64,000 nt of DNA from Neoechinorhynchus agilis (lineage: Eukaryota > Animalia > Acanthocephala), in contig CM121343.1 of assembly GCA_051530055.1 (NCBI GenBank), forward strand, positions 4,124,389 to 4,188,388, written 5' to 3'. The notes under the pieces were generated by a model. It worked only from the letters and a program-made list of their open reading frames with translations, was not told the DNA's origin and searched no databases. Made by a program: the position numbers and the translations under genes. Within the stretch, counting starts at the first letter, position 1. Each line of letters starts with the position of its first letter. This document shows positions 1-11,345 of the stretch, one piece after another.

Positions 1-776
1 GGGTAGCTGCGTTCACCGGAATTCGACTCTGAGGACAGAGTATGGTCATCGAGATTTATATGAAACGAATCGACCGAAAACTGATATTGTCGCTTCATCC
101 GCTGGGTGTATTTGACCTCAAGGTTTTGGCCTCGTTTATTTGAGAAACATATAAGTGCCCAGTGGTCATTTTGAGTCCAGACACGGATAGTGCTGCTGAC
201 GTAAGCATCCCAAACTATAGATCGAAGGAGATGATCTGGTGGAATTTGCGACTGTTGTTGTCCCGTCCGCTCCTCGTAGCAAGCACGTTCCTTCTGAGCT
301 CCAGCAGCCACTTCCGTAATACAATCGAAGATGGCCTCACGAACGCGTTCCCATCTTCCGTCCGAAGCATTCGTCAGCTTGTCAGCAGTAGAGTCGTCAA
401 TAACAATATCAAAGTCGTTGAAGAAACTCGATCCATCGGTACTGTCACTCGATGCGCCGCCGCCGCCGCCGCCATCATCACCCACCGATGACGACGACGA
501 CGGCGACGACGACGAATGTACTACATAAGCAGCGGCTCCGCCGTTGAGCTTCAGTTGGCAGTGGCTTAAAGTATCATTTGCCAATAGTTGCCTTCGTAGC
601 GCTTTCAAATACTCACGTAGCGTAAATCGAATACTCGCATATCCGTACTGGCTATCTACGCTAACGACCATATCGAGCACCTTGTGCAATCTGAGACACT
701 GGTCATCGTCTAAAAACCCGTTTTTTCTCGATGGCATCTCGCCCGATATCGCTTTCTTTTCGCATGACGCCGTCAT
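1..776 (-). CDS. TENT5: TENT5/FAM46-family non-canonical poly(A) polymerase, N-terminal part (runs off the left edge)
   Basis: Manual translation of the - strand from ATG 776 is open to base 1. It reads ...LKLNGGAAAYVV...FFNDFDIVI...WDAYVSSTIRVWTQNDHWALICFSNKRGQNLEVKYTQRMKRQYQFSVDSFHINLD, matching the FAM46 motifs LNGSAA, DLD and WSLISLSN..G.NVELKFVD..RRQFEFSVDSF.I.LD. Confidence 0.9.
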   Translation of the reverse strand, partial: MTASCEKKAISGEMPSRKNGFLDDDQCLRLHKVLDMVVSVDSQYGYASIRFTLREYLKALRRQLLANDTLSHCQLKLNGGAAAYVVHSSSSPSSSSSVGDDGGGGGGASSDSTDGSSFFNDFDIVIDDSTADKLTNASDGRWERVREAIFDCITEVAAGAQKERACYEERTGQQQSQIPPDHLLRSIVWDAYVSSTIRVWTQNDHWALICFSNKRGQNLEVKYTQRMKRQYQFSVDSFHINLDDHTLSSESNSGERSY

Positions 777-2552
777 TCCAATTATTGTTCTTTCTCCTAC
801 CTGTTTGCTTCCACAGTCTGATGCTGTTGCTTTCTCCACTCTCTTGCTGTAATAAAGTGTGTACGATCCTCTCGCTTCGAGCACTGATTCCTAGTCGTCT
901 TACAAGTCGGCAACGTTGTTGATGAAGAGCGAGTCTGTAAACAAGGGGCGCCTAAACAATCCAAATTATCCTCCTCCTCCTCTTAAAGTGCGATGAGGCA
1001 AGTCGCGTGTGTCGACGAGATCAGTGCACACCACCACCACCACCAACTTACTCGTGTGTGTGTGCGTTGTACGTTGTGGTGGTGGATGCAAAAACCGCCA
1101 ATACGGTGAGAACACGTTCACGCACTGAATACGGAAGAATCTCCATCGTAGGTGAAGGATGGGAGATTGAGCAACGTCACAAATTACGCTGTTCATCAGT
1201 GAATCCTAAAGGACTTTCCGGAAACCTTTAAGCCAATTTCCTTGTCAGTTTGCTCTAATCCACTCGGGGGAAAATACTAATAGGAAAATCATATCTATCG
1301 CACGCTTGACAGACACTAAACCATTTTAGTCGCCTTGGTGAGAAAGAATCCCAAACTCATTAGCTCACGACAATGACGCTGCAGGGTCAGTGTTGATTTA
1401 TCAATTCAACACACTCCTCCAGTCGCCAATTAATAAATCCGTCGTACACTTTGAATGAGCGCTAACACGAATTTTTGTGTTCACTGTCGTCAATTTAATC
1501 AGTGAGTTTGTACTAACGCAATCGGCGGTTGTGTTGGAATCGGAAGAATTTTTCGCTCGATGGAACTTCCGGTTTATGATGCGCCGCGTAGGTATTCGGT
1601 TCGAAAGTTGCGAACTCCTACTGGCTGCTTATAAACCTGAACGGTTCTAGTGTAGATTTCACGTTCTCAGTGGTATCGAGGCGGCGTTATAAATACAAAT
1701 TACATTCCGGTTTTGGGGCAATGGAATTCGATACACACCTAAAAACTCATTAGTGCAGCAGCAGCCTATGGTATCTTAAATTCAATTCGCCTAAAAGTCT
1801 ATATGGACATTCGACGCCCATCGTTATTTTTCCGAAATTATTCGCGACCCTTGTCCAAAAATACTTTTATTCGTGGCGGCTACAATCACCGGACTCCCAC
1901 ATTTCTTTATTGCCGCTTTGTGACACGGAATATTCGTTGAAATAATCTTTAAAATGGATTAAATAACCTTTTTTATACGCAATTTCATTGCTCTGACACT
2001 TGTGGAATATCTTCTACAAGCAATGATTTTTACGTTTGATTTGTTTCCGATAGTTCTTGGTTTAGAATTTCGTTTTGTTCTAATAGCTGTTTGGCATCCA
2101 TAACGAACGACACGAGCGTCTCAAGACTCGTTGCTGAATCACGGCGCTTACTTTTTCTATGAATTACGCCATCGAAACAAATCCATCTCTGTCATGTATT
2201 GTATGCTTCATGTTCTTTAAATACCAGAATAATCAATAATGGAATCATTCTAAAAGAAAACATGTATACTATTCATTGAGGAACGTGAACGACCGATTTC
2301 TTAGAGCATTCTAATATCACGTTTTATTAGTGAATTCACAAAGAAAAAGAGAATCCTCGAGTTATGATTTGTTCAATGAACGCGATTTTGGAGTGGATTA
2401 CAAGGGCCATTGAGCAGAGATTACATTTCGGGATCTTTCTAAATGGATTATTGTTGGTGGCTTTCATGAGATCAAAGTCGCAAATTTGGCATTAAATGAT
2501 CGTTAGCCATTAAGCATAATCAAAAAATCTACTGCAGTTGGCAGTTCACAAG

Positions 2553-5175
2553 CTCTTTTATACGCAAACTGAATTTTGCCGTATTTTCGCATAGGAGTAG
2601 CGATTTTAATATATTTATAGACGACCAACTCTGCTGAAAATGTCTTTCTCCGGTCGATATCGATGCAGATTTGATGATCATTGAATTTCGCTGACAGAAA
2701 TCTTAATTTTTAGTCTCTTTTATACGCAAACTGAATTTTGCCGTATTTTCGCATAGGAGCAGCGATTTTTTTAATTGATTTATAGACGACCAACTCTGCT
2801 GAAAATGTCTTTCTCCGGTCGATATCGATGCAGATTTGATGATCATTGAATTTCGCTGACAGAAATCTTAATTTTTAGTCTCTTTTATACGCAAACTGAA
2901 TTTTGCCGTATTTTCGCATAGGAGCAGCGATTTTTTAATTGATTTATAGACGACCAACTCTGCTGAAAATGTCTTTCTCCGGTCGATATCGATGCAGATT
3001 TGATGATCATTGAATTTCGCTGACAGAAATCTTAATTTTTAGTCTCTTTTATACGCAAACTGAATTTTGCCGTATTTTCGCATAGGAGCAGCGATTTTAA
3101 TTGATTTATAGACGACCAACTCTGCTGAAAATGTCTTTCTCCGGTCGATATCGATGCAGATTTGATGATCATTGAATTTCGCTGACAGAAATCTTAATTT
3201 TTAGTCTCTTTTATACGCAAACTGAATTTTGCCGTATTTTCGCATAGGAGCAGCGATTTTTTAATTGATTTATAGACGACCAACTCTGCTGAAAATGCCT
3301 TTCGCCGGTCGATATCGATACAAATTTGATGATCATTGAATTTCGCTGACAGAAATCTTAATTTTTAGTCTCTTTTATACGCAAACTGAATTTTGCCGTA
3401 TTTTCGCATAGGAGCAGCGATTTTTTTAATTGATTTATAGACGACCAACTCTGCTGAAAATGTCTTTCTCCGGTCGATATCGATGCAGATTTGATGATCA
3501 TTGAATTTCGCTGACAGAAATCTTAATTTTTAGTCTCTTTTATACGCAAACTGAATTTTGCCGTATTTTCGCATAGGAGCAGCGATTTTTTAATTGATTT
3601 ATAGACGACCAACTCTGCTGAAAATGTCTTTCTCCGGTCGATATCGATACAGATTTGATGATCATTGAATTTCGCTGACAGAAATCTTAATTTTTAGTCT
3701 CTTTTATACGCAAACTGAATTTTGCCGTATTTTCGCATAGGAGCAGCGATTTTTTAATTGATTTATAGACGACCAACTCTGCTGAAAATGTCTTTCTCCG
3801 GTCGATATCGATGCAGATTTGATGATCATTGAATTTCGCTGACAGAAATCTTAATTTTTAGTCTCTTTTATACGCAAACTGAATTTTGCCGTATTTTCGC
3901 ATAGGAGCAGGGATTTTTTAATTGATTTATAGACGACCAACTCTGCTGAAAATGTCTTTCTCCGGTCGATATCGATGCAGATTTGATGATCATTGAATTT
4001 CGCTGACAGAAATCTTAATTTTTAGTCTCTTTTATACGCAAACTGAATTTTGCCGTATTTTCGCATAGGAGCAGCGATTTTTTAATTGATTTATAGACGA
4101 CCAACTCTGCTGAAAATGTCTTTCTCCGGTCGATATCGATGCAGATTTGATGATCATTGAATTTCGCTGACAGAAATCTTAATTTTTAGTCTCTTTTATA
4201 CGCAAACTGAATTTTGCCGTATTTTCGCATAGGAGCAGCGATTTTTTTAATTGATTTATAGACGACCAACTCTGCTGAAAATGTCTTTCTCCGGTCGATA
4301 TCGATGCAGATTTGATGATCATTGAATTTCGCTGACAGAAATCTTAATTTTTAGTCTCTTTTATACGCAAACTGAATTTTGCCGTATTTTCGCATAGGAG
4401 CAGCGATTTTTTAATTGATTTATAGACGACCAACTCTGCTGAAAATGTCTTTCTCCGGTCGATATCGATGCAGATTTGATGATCATTGAATTTCGCTGAC
4501 AGAAATCTTAATTTTTAGTCTCTTTTATACGCAAACTGAATTTTGCCGTATTTTCGCATAGGAGCAGGGATTTTTTTAATTGATTTATAGACGACCAACT
4601 CTGCTGAAAATGTCTTTCTCCGGTCGATATCGATGCAGATTTGATGATCATTGAATTTCGCTGACAGAAATCTTAATTTTTAGTCTCTTTTATACGCAAA
4701 CTGAATTTTGCCGTATTTTCGCATAGGAGCAGGGATTTTTTTAATTGATTTATAGACGACCAACTCTGCTGAAAATGTCTTTCTCCGGTCGATATCGATG
4801 CAGATTTGATGATCATTGAATTTCGCTGACAGAAATCTTAATTTTTAGTCTCTTTTATACGCAAACTAAATTTTGCAGTATTTTCGCATAGGAGCAGGGA
4901 TTTTTTAATTGATTTATAGACGACCAACTCTGCTGAAAATGTCTTTCTCCGGTCAATATCGATACAGATTTGATGATCATTGAATTTCGCTGACAGAAAT
5001 CTTAATTTTTAGTCTCTTTTATACGCAAACTGAATTTTGCCGTATTTTCGCATAGGAGCAGGGATTTTAATATATTTATAGACGACCAACTTTGCTGAAA
5101 ATGCCTTTCGCCGGTCGATATCGATGCAGATTTGTTGATCACTGAATTTCGCTGACAGAAATCTTAATTTTTAGT
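2553..5175. repeat. Tandem array of a ~164-bp unit, 16 copies
   Basis: The marker TATACGCAAACTG recurs at about 2559, 2721, 2886, 3050, 3212 and so on to 5020. Copies are near identical and differ mainly in T-run length. Confidence 0.97.
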
Positions 5176-5300
5176 TTTCCTCCTATAAAATCAGACCGAA
5201 ACATTATTTTTTATAGTTATTCTACTCAAAATGTATATTAATTTTCATCACGGATCAAAAAACAAAAGTCTTTGATTTCAATTGGGGGGGGGAATTCCAA

Positions 5301-5532
5301 TTTATTGATAATTGCAACCTTATTAACCTTCCCGATGACTGATTTGTACGAATTTTCGTCTGAATGTAGACCTCTTCAGGTATCTAGAATAGTCCATGGT
5401 GAGTGTAGCTTGTTGGGCAGAGATCGGGTGCCCGGGGTTGTTAGGCCGGCGGGTTGGGGGGGTCTGCATTCAGACGAAAATTCGTACAAATCAGTCATCG
5501 GGGAGGTTAATAAGGTTGCAACTATCAATAAA
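5301..5532. mobile_element. 72-bp inverted repeat pair (5301-5372 and 5461-5532), probable Penelope-like inverted pseudo-LTR remnant
   Basis: The arms are reverse complements with 3 mismatches around an 88-bp spacer. The left arm carries a hammerhead core on the - strand followed by AATAAA. Confidence 0.65.
5347..5382 (-). ncRNA. Minimal type I hammerhead ribozyme
   Basis: The - strand reads UAC-CUGAAGA-G-GUCU(ACAUUC)AGAC-GAAA-AUU-C-GUA. It has the core, a 4-bp stem II, a palindromic AAUU stem III, a UUC cleavage triplet and a 3-bp stem I. Confidence 0.7.
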
Positions 5533-6096
5533 AACAAAAGTGTTTTTCGTTTCAGCTACACTTAAATGATCGAAGAGAAAGCAGCCGGGATAAAACAAAG
5601 TATTTGTCACCTCAAAAGTCAGTCGACGATGGACACTTGTTTCATCAAAGCAGCGAAAAAAATAACACGAAGATGTAAACTTTTATCTAATGGGTTGACC
5701 TTTTCTGCTCGTATGAGAATGAGTCTTAAAGGAGATTAATGATGGTGTCTATTTATGCCAATAAGCGAATCCAATTGGGAATACCCTTTTTTAAGAGACC
5801 GTGTAAAGCACTGCTGTCCTACTTAAACAGTTTGCCTCAAAATAGCAATCTAGAATAGGTAGATCTGTTAAGAAGTTGTTGATGGATATATTTTGTTTGG
5901 TGATTAAGAAATTCGAGTTTCATCATGTTGTTATTTGGGTCGCTTTTGAACACCCGAGAGGAGCGATCACGTTAACTGTCATTTTATCAATTCTATCTAA
6001 AACGAATTACAGGGGAATTTGTCACAAACACGCTAAAAATGATTGTTTTGGCTCGGGATCCCGGAAAACCAAGCGACCCAGATAATCCTCAATAGA

Positions 6097-6230
6097 GATT
6101 TATTAATCCCTTTTCTTAATATTTCGTCCGTCTCGTCTGGCGTCTTCAGTTAAACCAGCCTGACCTGTCTTTTAGACCTGAAGAAGTCCGATGAGACTGA
6201 TGAAATATAGTGATATGGAATTAATAAATT
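6097..6230. mobile_element. Back-to-back pair of degenerate hammerhead + AATAAA modules (Penelope-like end remnant)
   Basis: The + strand has CTGAAGA-A-GTCCGATGAGACTGAT-GAAATAT-14 nt-AATAAA. The - strand has CTGAAGA-C-GCCAGACGAGACGGAC-GAAATAT-14 nt-AATAAA. Lengths and spacing are identical. Confidence 0.55.
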
Positions 6231-6349
6231 GATCTTTATTTTATCAACACCAAACAAAATATAAATAGCTGGATAGCCCTCATTCGTTCGAAACCTCAGA
6301 CACCACAAAAGCGCTGGAAAAGTTTTCCATAATTACGGTGTGTGTGTCT

Positions 6350-7498
6350 CTATTTCTTTTCGCTAAGTGCATCCAACTGGTCCATGAACCAAGGCTGATT
6401 TTTGCTCCCGTTAGTTCTTTGAGTTAATACTTCACATCCCGTCTTGGTAACGATGAAGGTGTGTTCAAACTGAGCGGACCTTTGTCCATCTTGAGTAACG
6501 GCAGTCCAATTATCTGGCCACATTATATCTCCATAGGTACCCATATTAATCATTGGTTCAATGGTAAAAGCATGACCTTCTTTCATTACACCAAAAGCAC
6601 GATTTTTCCCATAATGTGGTATACTTGGGTTACAGTGGAACAATCGGTGGATACCGTGACCACAATAGGATCGTACAACCGATAGTCCATTCGCACCAGC
6701 GTGTTTTTCAATAATGGAGCCAAGATCTCTGTAACGAACGCCGGGTTTACACGCCTGCATGGCTAAATTCAAACATTCATGTGTCGTTTGAACTAAGTGG
6801 ACCGATTTGGCATCAGGTGTGCCGATAAATATGGTTTCATTCAGATCACCATGGAATCCCTTATAAAAGACAGTGACATCTATATTGAGAATATCTCCAT
6901 CGCGTAAAGGCCTAGCATCCGGGATGCCATGACAAATGACTTCATTTACACTTGTACAGCATGATTTCGGGAATTGGTGGTAGTTGAGCGTTGACGGATA
7001 ACATTGTCGCTCAATGCAAGCCTTATGGACGATTTGATCGATTTCCTCCGTAGTGACTCCAATCCCCGATGCCTGAAGGGCTATATCAAGCACCTCGCGA
7101 CCAAGTTTGCATGCTTTCCTAAGACCTTCAATGTCCTCTTTTGAGAGCACGGCAATGTGAAACGATTTCTTCTCTTTGGACTCCATTTCGCAAATTCCGT
7201 TCACGGATTCCGCATAACGTGGTTTCATGATTGAATTAGGGACTGTTCTCATCAATGTTACTGGATACGGTCTCAGGGAGCCAGTGAATGGAAAACCAGG
7301 CCATGGACTGTACTCCAAGTTATTCTTCGTTGAACGAACTGCATTGTGGTGGAGCGATTTGTGGTGCACAAAATTACGTTTAAAGCATTCCTGTGAGCAG
7401 AAATAAGAGTTCAATCCAATCTTCAAACAAATCGGACATTTGAGATTCCCCTCTAAATTACAATCTGGCGATTGGCATTCGTGTACACTTGACGACAT
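6350..7498 (-). CDS. METAP1: Methionine aminopeptidase 1, intronless, 382 aa
   Basis: It has the N-terminal C6H2 zinc finger (CQSPDC...CPIC...FCSQECFK...H) and the MetAP motifs CCTSVNEVICHGIPD, DILNIDVT, GFHGDLNET, YCGHGI, FTIEPMIN and SAQFEHT. Confidence 0.97.
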   Translation of the reverse strand: MSSSVHECQSPDCNLEGNLKCPICLKIGLNSYFCSQECFKRNFVHHKSLHHNAVRSTKNNLEYSPWPGFPFTGSLRPYPVTLMRTVPNSIMKPRYAESVNGICEMESKEKKSFHIAVLSKEDIEGLRKACKLGREVLDIALQASGIGVTTEEIDQIVHKACIERQCYPSTLNYHQFPKSCCTSVNEVICHGIPDARPLRDGDILNIDVTVFYKGFHGDLNETIFIGTPDAKSVHLVQTTHECLNLAMQACKPGVRYRDLGSIIEKHAGANGLSVVRSYCGHGIHRLFHCNPSIPHYGKNRAFGVMKEGHAFTIEPMINMGTYGDIMWPDNWTAVTQDGQRSAQFEHTFIVTKTGCEVLTQRTNGSKNQPWFMDQLDALSEKK

Positions 7499-8463
7499 TA
7501 CCCATCATGCGTCGTGCCTGTTTGACATTCCCCGTACGTTTCTTCCGTGTCCAGGTTGACCTTGTGCGCTAATTTGGCAACGTCGAATGTTCAGCTTCTA
7601 GCATTCCCGGTAGCGTGACTAAAAGTGATTCGTAGGGGTTGCGCAATCGAGCTGCCATCGGTGTTTCAATTGCGCTTTAAATCAAAAAGCATGGAGGTAC
7701 TAGCGGATTCTTCGTTCTTCGTTTACGATCAAAATCCTGGTTTGCTTAATTAGAAGTTACATCCGATCTTTTACGGTTAATCTTTGAAGTTCTGGAATTT
7801 ATGCGTTATTGAATATCGATTTATTATACGTAGTAGCGCTTTTAAATTATGTAAAAAAAATTCCGATATGTTTTTATTTTGCCGCCCGGGAGGGATCATT
7901 AAAGACCTATATATTAAAGTCGACTGATTGTATTTGTCGCTATCGTCGCAGAAATGTATTCTATCTTTTGATTTTTTAAGGGAGTAATTTCAGGTTTTCG
8001 ATTCTATTTGAGAATTTGTATTTTTCTACATTTAATTTTCCGTGTCTTGGATTATTATCTTCGGGAGACAAGAGACTTTCTTTTGGTAGTTTTGCCATCC
8101 GTTTCTTAAATTTCGCCAAAGCTTGTCATTGTAAATAAATCTAATCGACTACAATGACAAACCTTGGGAAAATGTCGGAATTATCCGACAGGTGAAATAT
8201 CATGGAAATAAATCAGTAAACTTAAATTCTGGAGAACATTTTCGTATTGATCAGAAAGGTATATTGACGAACGGTGTGGAATTTATGGGTAACTAGCAGG
8301 CACAATTTAAACATACATTTATGTTAGGGATCATTAATGACTTGTTTGTAAATTTCTTTTTTATTGATGTGAATTAGCACTTTCGCAGTCGGCGAAATTT
8401 TGTTTTACATCAGACCACTTAAACTCGGATGAAACGTTAAGAGTTCGTACATCTCTCCGGATC

Positions 8464-8529
8464 CTCAGATACCTCCCTGGGAGGCGGGACTCATCAGTGA
8501 GTTTCCTCCCTTCAGCGGTATTTCGTCCC
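8464..8529 (-). ncRNA. Candidate hammerhead ribozyme with non-circularly permuted strand order
   Basis: The - strand reads GGGAC-GAAA-UACC / GCUGAA-GGGAGG-AAA / CUCA-CUGAUGA-GUCCC / G-CCUCCC-AGGGA / GGUA-UC-UGAG. Stems I, II and III all pair perfectly, and a 6-bp helix can form between the linkers. Confidence 0.75.
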
Positions 8530-9395
8530 TTTGGTTGTGCGTCATTGATGATCGTGGATTCGAGCCCTTTGACCCTGAAACAGGGAACCTCTACACAATT
8601 ATTTACGCTCACCAGCTATCGATCATTTCTGTAGTCTACTCGGATATGAGGATTTGTCAGGGTCTTCTTCTATGTGTTCCTGAGTGGGAGATCAATCGAA
8701 TCAGTCGAAATATACATTCGTCTTTAATGAGCGCCAACCAATTTAATAATATACCTAACCACCCGAATGCAATCCTTAAATTTTCATAGATTATATCTTG
8801 GTAATTTTATCCATATCGATCCCATTCCTGATCAATATTCGGAATGTTTTATCGACTATTCAGCCCTTAGAAAAAAACACTTATCCTGCAGCTTCTCTTA
8901 ATGATCTCGCTTCAACCATAAACCCAATGTGAAACTACCATACTTAGGCTCGTTGATGAGCTTTATCCCGTCTATTTCATTTCGACCCTTTAGGCGAATT
9001 TCACTTCTAGCCAAACTTTATTTTTATTTATTACATAGGCCAAATACACACACTTAGCCGTATAGATGTTGTTTATAGTTTATTTTGATGAGAACGAGAT
9101 GAATAAAATTGAATTAGTTTACCATTAATTAACAATCACCATGAGTTATTCTTCAAAAGGTTTAATAACCTCGTTCCTGGCGCCCTAATAAAACAGCTTC
9201 CACTCAATTGTATTCGTTCGCGTCCAATTCCGATATAGCGATCAACATACAGTTAACCATTTATTAATAATCACAATTAGTAAGAGTTAAACACGGCGTA
9301 TTTCATTGCGAAATCCTGTGCTATTGTTTCTATTTTGTGATAATTTCAACAGCATAGCTTATGATATTTGACTTCATCTCGCCCTTTTGCGTATA

Positions 9396-9485
9396 AAGGA
9401 ACGAAGTGATGCTGGAGTTGAGAAACTCACTGATGAATCACGTTTTATAGAGTCATTCAAGTATCACCAGTTGTTATCGAGGAAG
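9396..9485 (+). ncRNA. Degenerate second copy of the permuted-hammerhead element
   Basis: 9396-9436 aligns without gaps to the - strand of 8531-8491 with 31/41 identity, including AAACTCACTGATGA. The stems are eroded. Confidence 0.55.
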
Positions 9486-11345
9486 TCTTTATAAGCACGA
9501 ACTTTAGTAGTGTGCTTAACTTCATGGTTTTATAGTGAGTTCGTCAATCAAGGAAAAGGACAACTTAATTTAGATTGGCGTTTGAGCATGGAAGGTATAA
9601 CCTGATGGGATATTCATTGAGATTTTCTTCACCCTCAATAAATGTGTTGGAAAAAACTTGATTGTAATTTCTTAACAACCGAAGCAACAATTTTGAGAAC
9701 TACGAAATTGAAGTTTCGCTGTAGTAATCACGCGAATTCAAGTGAAAAATATTCAATTCTATACTTTAACAATGATTTTCGATCTGATTTTATCGATTAG
9801 ATGGTCAAAGATTGTAATTTGTTCCAATTTCGATGCGTAGTTCTTTCTAAAGAATTCTCAATTAAGCTTTATTCTTGATTCGTAATTTTAGTAGCAATTC
9901 ATTTCGATAGTTCGGTCATAAACGTATAAGTGGATTATAACGCATTGTTGAATGCTATTGGTCCACTTAATAATTTTAAGCGAATCTGAGTTTTTGACTT
10001 AATTTTCATGATGTAAAGGTGCACGTTTTATAAGGGACCGTACTTAAACTTTCTTAAATACGAAATTGCGGACTATCATATGCATCTTTTTGTCTTTGAG
10101 CATTTAATTAAAGTCTCATTTATCCAATAAGTCTTATTGACGTTTAAAAGTAGAACTGTAAAGATGTTTTTATGAATTGACTGATGTCCTTATGCTCCTC
10201 ATCGCCGTAGCGAGACAAATATGTGCAATTTGAGTTTTTAATTCCTTGTTTAGTTTTATCTTGGCGGACTCGATTTTCTTTCTAAATGTTATTGTGAATT
10301 CTCGTTGTCAATAGGCATTTTCGTAAAATCTCGTTACACGGTTCAGCTTTTTCGAATTGAGCGACCTTTGGTTTTTGTATTTTAGAGCTTACTCAATGTC
10401 ATCTTTGTGTGTGTGTGTGGCCACTCACCTCCAAGTCTACTGTGACAGTTAAAGCGACGTCAAGTATTGAGGAAAGGCTTAGCGCGATGTGGTTTCTTCA
10501 CATTCTAGCGCTTTTCACGTACCCGATCAGCGGTGGTGTTCTTCATCTTCCTCATGGACGAATCATTCATACAATGTGACCTGGAAAATAAGTTCAAAAT
10601 AAACCACGAAGTCAGTGGGCGGGATTCGCAATCGAGAGATTCGAGCATTGCTGGTTCGCAATGTAGTGGTCTCAGCTATAAGAAAACGATTAAAGTAAGT
10701 GATGTTAGACCTGACGGTAATCGCTCGCGCGACTCATTTTTCGATTTAAAATTTCATTCAATGTAGCGAAGAGCAGGGCGTGAGGAGTTTCCGCCAAAAA
10801 CACAATAGGCGCACCTTTCCACGTTAAACACAGGTAGTAGATGCACGCTCCACTTTTCGTCATCATGAACACTCATTTCTCATTCAAAAGTTTTGTCTAT
10901 GTAAAATGCATCGCTCATGTAGAGTGAAGTGACGTACAACGATCTGGAGCGCCCTGCGTCCCCCATTGACTTCTCGTTCTGGCAGTACTCGCAGCATTTT
11001 TTGTTTTTTCCGATCACTCACGTTGCTCGACTCAGTTAATTTTTTTTCTCTCCGGAAAAACTACTCATCTGGATCTCTAACTTTAAGTATCAAAGGTCCA
11101 TTTAAATTACCGCTGTACGTATTGACACCTTTAATTGTCCTAAGACGATCGATATGCAACACCACTACTCGGGACATTACCTTCCCGACCAAAAGGTTTG
11201 TTTGCCAAATGTACCGCTTACAGTACTTCTTCCATTGAGCATAAGCGGTCTAATATATATGCTCAAAAACTCGGTTAATTTTTAGTCGATACCAATTATG
11301 TACAATGCATCGCGCGTTTCGGTATCGCCGACATCTTTTCGTTTC

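Noticed and set aside
162-922. + strand ORFs at 162-922
   Set aside because: They are antisense shadows of the TENT5 coding sequence on the - strand.
1185-1225. Hammerhead-like GAAA...UC-A-CUGAUGA on the - strand
   Set aside because: Stem I is absent and stem II cannot pair.
1490-1560. Possible third copy of the permuted hammerhead (AAACTCACTGAT on -)
   Set aside because: Only 12 nt match, the core reads CUGAUUA, and no stems form.
8361-8612. 83-aa - strand ORF with a faint RRM-like tail
   Set aside because: It has no convincing RNP motifs, and its GC-rich part is better explained by the ribozyme structure.
10920-10940. TGACGT cAMP-response half site upstream of Fos
   Set aside because: It is a single 6-mer with no CArG box and an unknown transcription start, so it cannot be told from chance.
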